Shown here one piece after another: positions 7,900 through 16,722 of a DNA stretch of 64,000 nt; position 1 is the stretch's first letter, and the number at the start of each line of letters is the position of its first letter. The position numbers and the translations under genes are program-made. Below the pieces are notes generated by a model, which had not been told where the DNA came from, made no database searches, and worked only from the letters and a program-made list of their open reading frames with translations. The DNA comes from Thermodesulfobacteriota bacterium (GTDB lineage Bacteria; Desulfobacterota; Desulfobulbia; Desulfobulbales; SURF-16): positions 5,575-69,574 of the forward strand of contig JBDLIE010000005.1 of NCBI GenBank assembly GCA_039715015.1. Reading direction: 5' to 3'.

Positions 7900-9505
7900 T
7901 ATCGCCCAAACCTTCGCCGATGTAGCCGCCGAGCGACCTGCCGAGGTTGCTTTGGTTCAAGGAAAGAGGGGTAGATATCAAGAGTGCACTTTTAAAGATC
8001 TCCACGAGCAAAGCGCCCTTTATGTCGCAGCCTTAAAAGGGCAGGGGATTTGCCCGGGGCAGCGGGTTATGCTGATGGTGCCCCCGTCGCTGGAGTTTCT
8101 CTCCCTCACCTTTGCCTTGTTTAGCCTGGGCGCCACGGTTATTCTCATTGATCCAGGTATGGGGTATAAGAATCTTCTACGCTGCATTGGTGCTGTCAGG
8201 CCTGATGTCTTGATCGCCATTCCTAAGGCCCATATCTTTAAGCTCATCTTTCCCCGGCCTTTTCAGACTATCTGCACCAATATCTGTGTTGGGAGATCCT
8301 TGGGAATCTTCGGCCATTCCTTGGCCACCATATGCTCTCAGGTTGAACCTGATTTTAAGGTCTTTGAGGCCGGTGAAGATGATTTGGCTGCTATCATTTT
8401 CACCACTGGTTCCACGGGGCCGCCTAAAGGTGTCCAGTATAGCCATGGGATTTTCCATGCCCAGCTTGAGCTAATCCGCTCCTATTATAAGATTGGCCCG
8501 GGTGAAATCGACCAGCCTGCCTTTCCCCTCTTTGCACTTTTTTCTACAGCTCTCGGCGCTAGGGCGGTCTTGCCCGACATGAATCCTGCTAAACCCGCCC
8601 AGGTCAATCCTGAGGAATTTATCCGCTCTCTTAATGATCAGGGTGTGACCTATTCTTTTGGTTCTCCTGCAATCTGGAGCGTTGTGAGCCGTTATTGTCT
8701 GCAAAAAAAGATTGTTTTACCTCTTAAAAAAATCCTCATGGCCGGCGCCCCTGTTTCCGGGGAACTTATTGAGCATGTTCTAGAAATTATGGCCCCGGGG
8801 GGAGAGGTACATACCCCTTACGGTGCCACTGAGAGCCTGCCTATTTCCTCTATGGCCGGCACTGAGGTCGTTGACGAAACATGGGCCCAAACTCAGATTG
8901 GCAAGGGAACGTGTGTTGGCAGACCGTTACCCGGGATCACCATCAAAGTCATGAGGGTTGCGACAAGGCCAGTGGAAAATTATAGCCAGGTTGCAATTCT
9001 CCCAGTTGGTGAAATTGGTGAAATTATTGTTAAAGGACCTGTGGTGACTCGGGCCTATGATCATAATCCCGAGGAAAGTTACGCAGCTAAGATACAGGAT
9101 GGCGATTCATTCTGGCACCGCATGGGCGATATGGGATATTTTGATGATAAGGGCCGTCTCTGGTTTTGTGGACGAAAGGCCCATCGGGTCCTGACTTCCC
9201 ACGGGCCACTCTACACTATCCCCTGCGAGGCGATTTTCAATGTCCATAAGGATGTTTATCGAACAGCCCTTGTGGGAATAGGCCCGGCGGGGCGCCAGAC
9301 CCCGGTTCTATGTGTCGAATGCCGAGATCAAAAGTGCGACAAGGAACGGCTTGCCATGGAGCTGCGGGCCCTTGGTATCCAAAATAAGGTGACAAGAGGG
9401 ATAGATGAAATCCTCTTTCATCCGGCATTCCCGGTGGATATCCGTCATAATGCCAAAATCTTCAGAGAGAAGTTGGCTGTTTGGGCTGCTCGAAAATTAG
9501 GGTAA
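7889..9505 (+). CDS. oleC: OleC, AMP-dependent synthetase family beta-lactone synthetase
   Basis: Adenylate-forming motifs IIFTTGSTGPPKG, YGATE and GDMGYFDDKGRLWFCGRK. ATG 7889 overlaps the oleB stop. Confidence 0.8.
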   Translation: MNFNIAQTFADVAAERPAEVALVQGKRGRYQECTFKDLHEQSALYVAALKGQGICPGQRVMLMVPPSLEFLSLTFALFSLGATVILIDPGMGYKNLLRCIGAVRPDVLIAIPKAHIFKLIFPRPFQTICTNICVGRSLGIFGHSLATICSQVEPDFKVFEAGEDDLAAIIFTTGSTGPPKGVQYSHGIFHAQLELIRSYYKIGPGEIDQPAFPLFALFSTALGARAVLPDMNPAKPAQVNPEEFIRSLNDQGVTYSFGSPAIWSVVSRYCLQKKIVLPLKKILMAGAPVSGELIEHVLEIMAPGGEVHTPYGATESLPISSMAGTEVVDETWAQTQIGKGTCVGRPLPGITIKVMRVATRPVENYSQVAILPVGEIGEIIVKGPVVTRAYDHNPEESYAAKIQDGDSFWHRMGDMGYFDDKGRLWFCGRKAHRVLTSHGPLYTIPCEAIFNVHKDVYRTALVGIGPAGRQTPVLCVECRDQKCDKERLAMELRALGIQNKVTRGIDEILFHPAFPVDIRHNAKIFREKLAVWAARKLG

Positions 9506-9523
9506 GCAGGGAGCAGAGAAAAG

Positions 9524-10522
9524 ATGAAAAATGTCCTGGTAACTGGTGGGGGAGGGTTTATCGGTCTTGGTATTGTCCGTTCCCTCTGTAAAATGGGAGT
9601 TCGTACCTTGGTGGTGGGCCGCCATCGCTATCCTGCCGTTGAAGAACTGGGAGCCCATTGTTTAGTCGGTGACATCCGCGATAAAGAGTTCATGGTTCAG
9701 GCCTGCTGTAATGTTGATACGGTCTTTCATGTGGCTGCTAAGGCTGGTGTTTGGGGAAGTTGGGACGATTATTTTGGCATTAATGTTAAAGGCACAGAGA
9801 ATATTATTGCCGCTTGCCAGGAAAATTTGGTCTCCCGTTTGGTCTATACCAGTACCCCTAGCGTTGTGTTTGATCGTGGTCATTTGCGCGGTGTTGATGA
9901 GACAGTACCCTATGCAGAGGATGTTCTTTGCCATTATGCTCGGAGCAAAATCATGGCAGAAATCCTTGTTCTTCAAGCCAACAGTCCCACCTTGAGGACC
10001 ACAGCGCTCCGCCCTCATCTTGTTTGGGGACCTGGCGATACGAATCTCATCCCTCGCCTCATCAAGCGTGGTCGTGCCGGCAGCCTGAAGATTGTCGGTG
10101 ATGGCCGAAATAAAGTTGATATATCGTATATCGATAACGTAGTGGATGCCCATATTCAGGCTGCTATTAATTTAGAGCGATACGGTACGGCAGCAGGTGA
10201 GATCTTTTTTATCTCCCAGGGAGAGCCTGTTAAACTCTGGGAATGGATTAATGATCTCTTTGTTCAGCTCGCCATTCCGCCAGTGGCCAAGTCCATTACC
10301 TTTGATAAGGCCTATAAAATTGGTTTTCTTCTGGAGAAGATCTATGGATTCCTGCGCATCAAAAGGGAACCGAAGATGACCCGTTTTGTTGCTGAGCAGC
10401 TCGCTAAATCACACTGGTTTTCAATCAAAAAGGCAGAAAAGGTTCTGCCCTATACCCCAAGGGTGTCAACCGCTGAAGGAGTAAAAAGGGTAGTGGCCTG
10501 GGTCCGTGAGGTGGGCCTGTGA
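9524..10522 (+). CDS. oleD: OleD, NAD(P)H-dependent 2-alkyl-3-ketoalkanoate reductase (3-beta-HSD / epimerase SDR family)
   Basis: VLVTGGGGFIGLGIV, YARSK catalytic Y-x3-K. Position after oleC. Confidence 0.8.
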   Translation: MKNVLVTGGGGFIGLGIVRSLCKMGVRTLVVGRHRYPAVEELGAHCLVGDIRDKEFMVQACCNVDTVFHVAAKAGVWGSWDDYFGINVKGTENIIAACQENLVSRLVYTSTPSVVFDRGHLRGVDETVPYAEDVLCHYARSKIMAEILVLQANSPTLRTTALRPHLVWGPGDTNLIPRLIKRGRAGSLKIVGDGRNKVDISYIDNVVDAHIQAAINLERYGTAAGEIFFISQGEPVKLWEWINDLFVQLAIPPVAKSITFDKAYKIGFLLEKIYGFLRIKREPKMTRFVAEQLAKSHWFSIKKAEKVLPYTPRVSTAEGVKRVVAWVREVGL

Positions 10523-10953
10523 GAGGAAAATGTGGGGGGCTGCTTGTTGCCTGCCAGTTTGTTTTTCTCGCCTTGCTGATTGCAACAACCAGCTGGCGCG
10601 ATCTAAACCTCCTTGCCCTCCCATTTTTTCTTGCCTCACTCTTTTTGGCTGGCTGGGCCATCAAGGTGATGCGCCTTGGTCATTTTAATATCAGGCCGGC
10701 AATAAAAGAGGGCGCTATTCTTGTCACCCATGGTCCCTACCGCTATATCAGGCATCCCATGTATGCCAGTATCTTGCTTGCCGGTACCGGCCTTCTTCTG
10801 ATTACTTTTAATTGGCTTCGTCTCTGTGCGTTTTGTCTTTTGTGGCTTGTTTTATATCTTAAACTTCGTATGGAAGAAAAACTTTTGGAGCAGCATTTCC
10901 CCGACTACTTATCCTATAAAAAACGTTCTCGTTTTTTTTCTCCCTGGTTCTGA
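10519..10953 (+). CDS. ICMT/PEMT-family membrane methyltransferase
   Basis: HGPYRYIRHPMYASILLAGTGLLL matches the isoprenylcysteine carboxyl / phospholipid methyltransferase signature. Several hydrophobic segments. The start overlaps the oleD stop by 4 nt. Confidence 0.65.
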   Translation: MRGKCGGLLVACQFVFLALLIATTSWRDLNLLALPFFLASLFLAGWAIKVMRLGHFNIRPAIKEGAILVTHGPYRYIRHPMYASILLAGTGLLLITFNWLRLCAFCLLWLVLYLKLRMEEKLLEQHFPDYLSYKKRSRFFSPWF

Positions 10954-11018
10954 GAGTTTAATTCTCATTTTTCTTGCTATCTAAGGTAAAAGAGCTAAGA
11001 TGACCACCTGGTCATCTT

Positions 11019-11675
11019 ATGGATTTTCACAAACTTGAAAAAGGCACATTTGCCAATTTAGCCGACGAAAAGCAGCATGCCATAATGAAGGCGGCGATCT
11101 TTGAGTTCGCCTCTCAGGGCTACCAGAAGGCGAGTTGTAACAGTGTCGTTAAGGAAGCTGGAATTTCTAAGGGCTCCCTGTTTCAATATTTCGGCAGTAA
11201 AGAAGGCCTCTTTCTTTTTGTCTTTGGCCGCTTTATTGGCAAGGTGAAAGCTTCGGTGAAAGAGGCAACCACCAGGAAGACAGATTTTTTTGATCTCGTA
11301 CAGGCCATTTTGGTAGCTGGTTTGCAGTTTGTTGATAGCTACCCGCAATATTTTCAGATGTACCTCCGGGTTCTCTTTGAGCAGGAGATCCCGCGCAGGG
11401 AGGAGCTGTTGGCTGAAGTCCGCCTCTTCTCCAGGGAGTATTTCGGCCCCCATTGCCAAGCTGCTCAGGAACAGGGCATCATTCGCAATGATATTGCGGT
11501 TGAAATGGTCATCTTCATGCTTGATGCGGCTATTGATCGTTTTTTGCAGGCCTATGCCAGGCCCTATCTCGACAGTGGTCTCGGCCTGGCTGGTTTGAGC
11601 AAGAAAGAGCTGCAGGAGAGGGTGGCGGAATTACTCATTGTTTTAAAGGATGGCTTAAGGCCTGCCACTAAATAA
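11019..11675 (+). CDS. TetR/AcrR-family transcriptional regulator
   Basis: N-terminal HTH region AAIFEFASQGYQKASCNSVVKEAGISKGSLFQYFGSKEGLF. Confidence 0.85.
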   Translation: MDFHKLEKGTFANLADEKQHAIMKAAIFEFASQGYQKASCNSVVKEAGISKGSLFQYFGSKEGLFLFVFGRFIGKVKASVKEATTRKTDFFDLVQAILVAGLQFVDSYPQYFQMYLRVLFEQEIPRREELLAEVRLFSREYFGPHCQAAQEQGIIRNDIAVEMVIFMLDAAIDRFLQAYARPYLDSGLGLAGLSKKELQERVAELLIVLKDGLRPATK

Positions 11676-11788
11676 GAATTTGAGGAATAAGAAATAAGAA
11701 GTTGAGAAGAAGGTACTTTTCTTTATTGATAACCTTTCCTTCTATTTATTTCTCAACTTCTCAAATTCTTGTTTCTCAAATTCTCAAC
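11676..11788. repeat. cargo-less imperfect hairpin of the same word family as the IVS-like cassette arms
   Basis: The purine-rich arm 11676-11713 (gaatttgaggaataagaaataagaagttgagaagaagg) faces the pyrimidine-rich arm 11738-11788 (ccttctatttatttctcaacttctcaaattcttgtttctcaaattctc). It starts right after the TetR stop codon. Confidence 0.75.
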
Positions 11789-11811
11789 AATAATTCAACA
11801 TAGATAGAAAA

Positions 11812-12906
11812 ATGGAATCACTAGTAATTAAAGCAGGGTTAGGGGATATTCTTGACAAGGTGAAGAGTGGTGAGCGTATCACCAGAGAGGAGGGGGTTCG
11901 TCTCTATGAATGTCCTGATCTCCTTGCTGTTGGCTATCTTGCCAATTTGGTGCGGGAACGCAAGAATGGCCATAGGGCTTACTTTATCTACAATCAGCAC
12001 CTCAACTATTCAAATATCTGCACCAATCTCTGTAAGTTCTGTGCCTTTGGTAAAGAAAAGGATACCGACAAATCGTACGAGATGACTGTGGACGAGGCCA
12101 TTGGCAAGGTGCGTGACCGTCTTGATGAACCTATCACGGAGGTTCATATGGTGGGTGGCATTCATCCTGATCTCCCCTTTTCTTACTACACCGATATTCT
12201 CAAGGGCATCAAAGATGTCCGCCCCGATATCCATATCCAGGCCTTTACCTGTGTTGAGATTGATCACCTGGCCAAACTTGCCGAAAAGCCGGTGAAAGAA
12301 ACCCTGGAAATCCTCATGGATGCGGGTCTTGATTCCATCCCCGGGGGCGGTGCTGAAGTTTTTAGCCCCCGCATTAGGGAAAAAACCTGCCCGGATAAGC
12401 TCTCCGGTGAGGGGTGGCTCGAGGTGGCGAAAACCGCCCATCGTCTTGGCTTAAACACCAATGCCACCATGCTCTACGGCCATATCGAAACCATAGAGGA
12501 ACGGGTCGAGCATCTTGCCGCTCTTCGTGAGGCCCAGGATGAAACTGGTGGCTTCCTGGCCTTTATTCCCCTGGCCTTTCATCCCAAGAATACCGAGATG
12601 GACGATCTCTCCCGGACTTCAGGTGTTGATGACCTGAAGAATATCGCTGTTTCCCGGATCTTCCTTGATAACTTCCCTCATATCAAGGCCTATTGGGTCA
12701 TGATCGGCCCCAAGATGGCCCAAGTTGCCCTTTCGTTTGGCGCTGATGACGTGGACGGCACTGTCAAGGAGGAGATCATCACCCATATGGCAGGAGCTGA
12801 AACCGAACAGGCCATGGCCATTCCTGAGCTTGTCCGGATCATCAAGGAGGCTGGCCGCACTCCTATCCAGCGCGGCACTCTGTATGATGTTGTTAAGGAA
12901 TATTGA
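11812..12906 (+). CDS. mqnE: radical-SAM futalosine-pathway enzyme, probably aminodeoxyfutalosine synthase MqnE
   Basis: CTNLCKFCAF radical-SAM CxxxCxxC. CofH/MqnC/MqnE family layout of about 364 aa. The MqnE versus MqnC assignment rests only on remembered N-terminal patterns and is uncertain. Confidence 0.6.
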   Translation: MESLVIKAGLGDILDKVKSGERITREEGVRLYECPDLLAVGYLANLVRERKNGHRAYFIYNQHLNYSNICTNLCKFCAFGKEKDTDKSYEMTVDEAIGKVRDRLDEPITEVHMVGGIHPDLPFSYYTDILKGIKDVRPDIHIQAFTCVEIDHLAKLAEKPVKETLEILMDAGLDSIPGGGAEVFSPRIREKTCPDKLSGEGWLEVAKTAHRLGLNTNATMLYGHIETIEERVEHLAALREAQDETGGFLAFIPLAFHPKNTEMDDLSRTSGVDDLKNIAVSRIFLDNFPHIKAYWVMIGPKMAQVALSFGADDVDGTVKEEIITHMAGAETEQAMAIPELVRIIKEAGRTPIQRGTLYDVVKEY

Positions 12907-13034
12907 TGGCCACCTTGTACTCATACAAAATGGCTAATTTTTTGAGACACCCTTGAGAAACTTTTTCAAAGAGGAGAATGAAGAAAAACTCAGAGTTAGA
13001 AGATCGTTCTCTTTTGTTGTGAGTAATAAAAAAA

Positions 13035-14084
13035 ATGAAAGAATTGATTACAAAAATTTTAGATGGTGAACGAATAACTAGGGACGAAGGGGCAAAGCTC
13101 TTTCGTGAGGGCAGTTTTTATGAACTCGGTATGCTCGCTGATGAGATTCGTAAACGCAAGCATCCGGAACCCATCGTCACCTATGTCATAGATCGTAATA
13201 TCAACTATACCGATATATGTCTTTCAGCCTGTAAATTCTGCGCCTTTTTTAAAGCTCCTGAAGATAAGGCTGGATCCGTGCTCTCCTTTGAGGAGCTTGG
13301 TAAAAAGATTGAAGAGACCCAGCGCCTTGGCGGCAACCAGATTCTTCTTCAAGGCGGTCTGCATCCTGATCTGAGTTTGGAATATTATGAAGATATGTTG
13401 CGCTTCATGAAGGGCTATGGAGTCCATGTCCATGGTTTTTCTCCACCCGAAGTGATGCATTTTTCCCAGATTTCTGGAAAATCCATGCCTGAGGTCCTGA
13501 TCCGTCTGCAGCGAGCTGGTCTTGACTCCATTCCCGGCGGTGGTGCCGAGATCTTAAATGATCGGGTGCGTCAAGATACAGCGCCAAAGAAATGTTCAGC
13601 AGACGAATGGATCGCTGTAATGGAAGAGGCCCATAAGCAGGGCATGCGCACCACAGCCACCATGATGTTTGGCCATGTTGAGACGTTGGAAGAACGACTT
13701 GAACATCTTCAGCGCCTTCGTGATCTGCAGGATCGCACGGGTGGTTTTACCGCCTTTATACCCTGGCCCTTTCAACCTGACAATACGGTCTTTGATGACA
13801 TGCCAAAGACCACCGGTCATGAGTATCTTAAGATGCTTGCTCTGTCTCGTATCTTCCTTGATAATTTTGACAATATCCAGGCCTCCTGGGTCACCCAGGG
13901 GCCGAAGATTGCCCAGATCTCCCTCTTCTTTGGAGCCAATGATTTTGGTTCCACCATGATTGAGGAGAACGTGGTGGCGGCGGCAGGGGTCAGTTTTCGT
14001 CTCTCCGAGGATGAAATTCGTAAATTGGTGACCGCAGTGGGCATGACCCCTGTGCAGCGCCGGATGGATTATACCCCGGTCTGA
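13035..14084 (+). CDS. mqnC: radical-SAM futalosine-pathway enzyme, probably cyclic dehypoxanthinyl futalosine synthase MqnC
   Basis: VTYVIDRNINYTDICLSACKFCAFF. Paralogous to the preceding gene. Same assignment caveat. Confidence 0.6.
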   Translation: MKELITKILDGERITRDEGAKLFREGSFYELGMLADEIRKRKHPEPIVTYVIDRNINYTDICLSACKFCAFFKAPEDKAGSVLSFEELGKKIEETQRLGGNQILLQGGLHPDLSLEYYEDMLRFMKGYGVHVHGFSPPEVMHFSQISGKSMPEVLIRLQRAGLDSIPGGGAEILNDRVRQDTAPKKCSADEWIAVMEEAHKQGMRTTATMMFGHVETLEERLEHLQRLRDLQDRTGGFTAFIPWPFQPDNTVFDDMPKTTGHEYLKMLALSRIFLDNFDNIQASWVTQGPKIAQISLFFGANDFGSTMIEENVVAAAGVSFRLSEDEIRKLVTAVGMTPVQRRMDYTPV

Positions 14085-14086
14085 TC

Positions 14087-15268
14087 ATGATTACTCTCCA
14101 CCGGGCCCCCTGGGTGCTACCCATTTCATCTCCTGCCATTGCTGATGGTGCTGTTGTCGTTGATGACGAACAGATTTTGGCGGTGGGGCCTTACGCTGAT
14201 ATGCGAGATGAATCACATGATACGTTTGTTGATCATGAATCGCGCATACTTATGCCGGGTCTTGTGAATGCTCACTGTCACCTTGAGCTTTCTCCTTTTG
14301 CCGAACTAAGCCAGCATCCGCTTGAGCCTGGTAATATGCCAGCCTGGATTGCCGATCTACTCGCTCTGCGGGATGGCATGGATACGGATGAAATTGATAG
14401 CAGTGTGTGTCTGGCTGCCTTGGCCGCTCAATATGCTGATGGAGTTGGCCTATTGGTGGATATCGGCAATGCGCTTTCTCCGTCAGTCGGTGCTTATAGC
14501 GGTGTGGATGTTCACTATTTCACCGAATTACTGGGGCTTTCTAAACAGGGTACAGCCCATGGTTTGCAGATAATGGCTAAACATGGTCCAGACCATCAAT
14601 TTACCGGTCACGCGCCCTATTCAACAAGTGGTCCATTGCTGCAAGCTGTTAAAAAGAGAACGCAACAGACAGAGCAGCTTTTTCCCATCCATGTTGCTGA
14701 GTCCCTTGATGAGGTTGATTTTTTAAAGAGTGGCAAGGGCCGATTTCGCAGCTTTTTGGAAGAGCGCGGTGTTTGGGACGGCTCTTTCACAGCTCCTGGC
14801 CTGGGCCCAGTTGCCTATCTTGATCAACTCAATCTTGTCGATGAAAAGACACTCTGTGTGCACTGTGTGCATCTTGATGACGAGGAGATTGCTCTTTTGT
14901 CTCGTAGAAAAGCCAAGGTCTGCCTCTGCCCTGGTTCTAATCGTTTTCTCGGGGTGGGAAAGGCTCAGGCTGATATGATTGTCGATGCCGGCATCAGGCC
15001 CTGTTTAGGGACGGATAGTCTGGCCAGTAATCCTGAACTTTCCATCTGGCGGGAAATGACGATTCTTGCTGAGGATCATCCAGGCCTTGACCCTGAAATA
15101 ATTGTCGCCATGGCTACCTATAATGGTGCTGAGGCTGTTGCTGACCCAAGAAGGGGAAGGCTTGAAAAGGGGTGTTGCCCGCAATTTCTTGAGATTGGTT
15201 ATAATGGTACGGCGCCATTTGACTTTCTGGCTTGCGAGCAGGGTGCAAAGGCCATTGCCTGGATCTGA
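14087..15268 (+). CDS. metal-dependent amidohydrolase (candidate aminodeoxyfutalosine deaminase)
   Basis: VNAHCHLELS HxH metal motif, a late HV..S and GTDS motifs of the amidohydrolase superfamily. Sits between mqnC and mqnA. Confidence 0.6.
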   Translation: MITLHRAPWVLPISSPAIADGAVVVDDEQILAVGPYADMRDESHDTFVDHESRILMPGLVNAHCHLELSPFAELSQHPLEPGNMPAWIADLLALRDGMDTDEIDSSVCLAALAAQYADGVGLLVDIGNALSPSVGAYSGVDVHYFTELLGLSKQGTAHGLQIMAKHGPDHQFTGHAPYSTSGPLLQAVKKRTQQTEQLFPIHVAESLDEVDFLKSGKGRFRSFLEERGVWDGSFTAPGLGPVAYLDQLNLVDEKTLCVHCVHLDDEEIALLSRRKAKVCLCPGSNRFLGVGKAQADMIVDAGIRPCLGTDSLASNPELSIWREMTILAEDHPGLDPEIIVAMATYNGAEAVADPRRGRLEKGCCPQFLEIGYNGTAPFDFLACEQGAKAIAWI

Positions 15269-15270
15269 CC

Positions 15271-16113
15271 ATGAAAGAAGATAAAAAATACACTGCCCGG
15301 ATCGGCATGGTAAATTTTATTAATACAGCTCCTTTTTATGAGGTGTGGCGCCGCAGTGTCCACCGGCCGGAATGGCATGTTACTGAGGCTCCTCCAACAA
15401 AGCTTAATGAGATGCTCTACCATGGAGAGCTCGATCTTGGATTTATCTCATCCCATGAGTATGGGGCTCATCCTGAATTATATAAGATACTGGGTGGGCT
15501 TTCCATTTCCGCCACTGGGCCGGTGGGCTCTGTTTTTCTCTTTTCCAGAGAGAAGGCCGCAGATCTTCAAGGCAAAAAGGTGTTGCTTTCAGCCCAGTCG
15601 CAAACCTCTGTTGCCTTGGTTAAGATTATTCTTGAGGAGTTTTATGGCGTTCAACCCATTTATGAGCAGGGTGCTGTTAATTTGGCTGAGGTGAGTAGAG
15701 AGTATGCAGCCGTCCTTGCCATAGGTGATGATGCCCTCCGTCTTAAAGAACAGGGGAACTATCCTGTGCAGATGGATTTAAGCGAGGTGTGGCACCAGCA
15801 AACCGGACTTCCTTTTGTCTTCGCTGTTTGGGCGGTAAGGGAAGAATTTTGCCAGTATGACCCTGTAACCGTTGTCGAAATCCATCACGAATTGCAACGC
15901 TGCATTCAAGAGGGGAGGGATGATTTGCTCCAGATCTGTGAATTGGTTGCCCCTCGTATTCCCATGGAAGTGACGGCCTGTCATACCTATTTGCAGGGAA
16001 TGGAGTATGATTTAGGCCCACAGAAGGTGGAAGCCCTGGAGAGGTTTTTTGAGCTTTTGGTCCAAAGGGGTGAGATGACTGCGAGCTCTTTACCTTTAAA
16101 AATTTGTGAATAA
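15271..16113 (+). CDS. mqnA: chorismate dehydratase MqnA
   Basis: The IGMVNFINTAPFY N-terminus is typical of MqnA and lacks the MqnD SPCPND motif. ATG 15271 follows the previous stop by 2 nt. Confidence 0.7.
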   Translation: MKEDKKYTARIGMVNFINTAPFYEVWRRSVHRPEWHVTEAPPTKLNEMLYHGELDLGFISSHEYGAHPELYKILGGLSISATGPVGSVFLFSREKAADLQGKKVLLSAQSQTSVALVKIILEEFYGVQPIYEQGAVNLAEVSREYAAVLAIGDDALRLKEQGNYPVQMDLSEVWHQQTGLPFVFAVWAVREEFCQYDPVTVVEIHHELQRCIQEGRDDLLQICELVAPRIPMEVTACHTYLQGMEYDLGPQKVEALERFFELLVQRGEMTASSLPLKICE

Positions 16114-16123
16114 AGGTTCTACG

Positions 16124-16678
16124 ATGAAGGATAAAATTATAGTTGCCATTACCGGTGCCTCTGGAATGATGTATGCCAAAGAGCTGCTGGCCATTCTTGA
16201 TGGCACGGATGTCGAGATCCACGCCATTATTTCCGAGGCTGGGGAGCAGGTTTTGAAACTTGAGCTCGGGATGCAAAAGAGTGATTTTCCCAGGGTGCGC
16301 TGGTGGGACATTAAACAGTTTACGGCCCCCATGGCCTCTGGTTCTGCCCGTTTCCAAGCCATGGCAGTGGTTCCTTGTACCATGGGCACCCTGGCCGCCA
16401 TTGCCAGTGGTCTGTCGACAAATCTCATCCACCGGGCCGCTGACGTCATGCTGAAGGAAAGACGTAAGGTTGTTTTATCAGTACGCGAGACTCCTTTTAA
16501 CCGTACCCATCTGCAAAATATGCTCGCCGTCCATGATGCCGGTGCTACTATCTGTCCGGCCATGCCTTCTATGTATCAGAAGCCGCAATCCATTGAAGAA
16601 ATGGCCCGGAACTATGCATCTCGAGTTGTCGAGACATTGGGCCTTGAGGTGGACTATCCCCGCTGGCAGGGTGAGTAG
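16124..16678 (+). CDS. ubiX: UbiX-family flavin prenyltransferase
   Basis: IIVAITGASG N-terminus and VVPCTMGTLAAIASG. 184 aa. Confidence 0.85.
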   Translation: MKDKIIVAITGASGMMYAKELLAILDGTDVEIHAIISEAGEQVLKLELGMQKSDFPRVRWWDIKQFTAPMASGSARFQAMAVVPCTMGTLAAIASGLSTNLIHRAADVMLKERRKVVLSVRETPFNRTHLQNMLAVHDAGATICPAMPSMYQKPQSIEEMARNYASRVVETLGLEVDYPRWQGE

Positions 16679-16722
16679 TTGCACCTTTCTGCATCTAAAT
16701 AACAATAGAGAAGATCGAAAAA

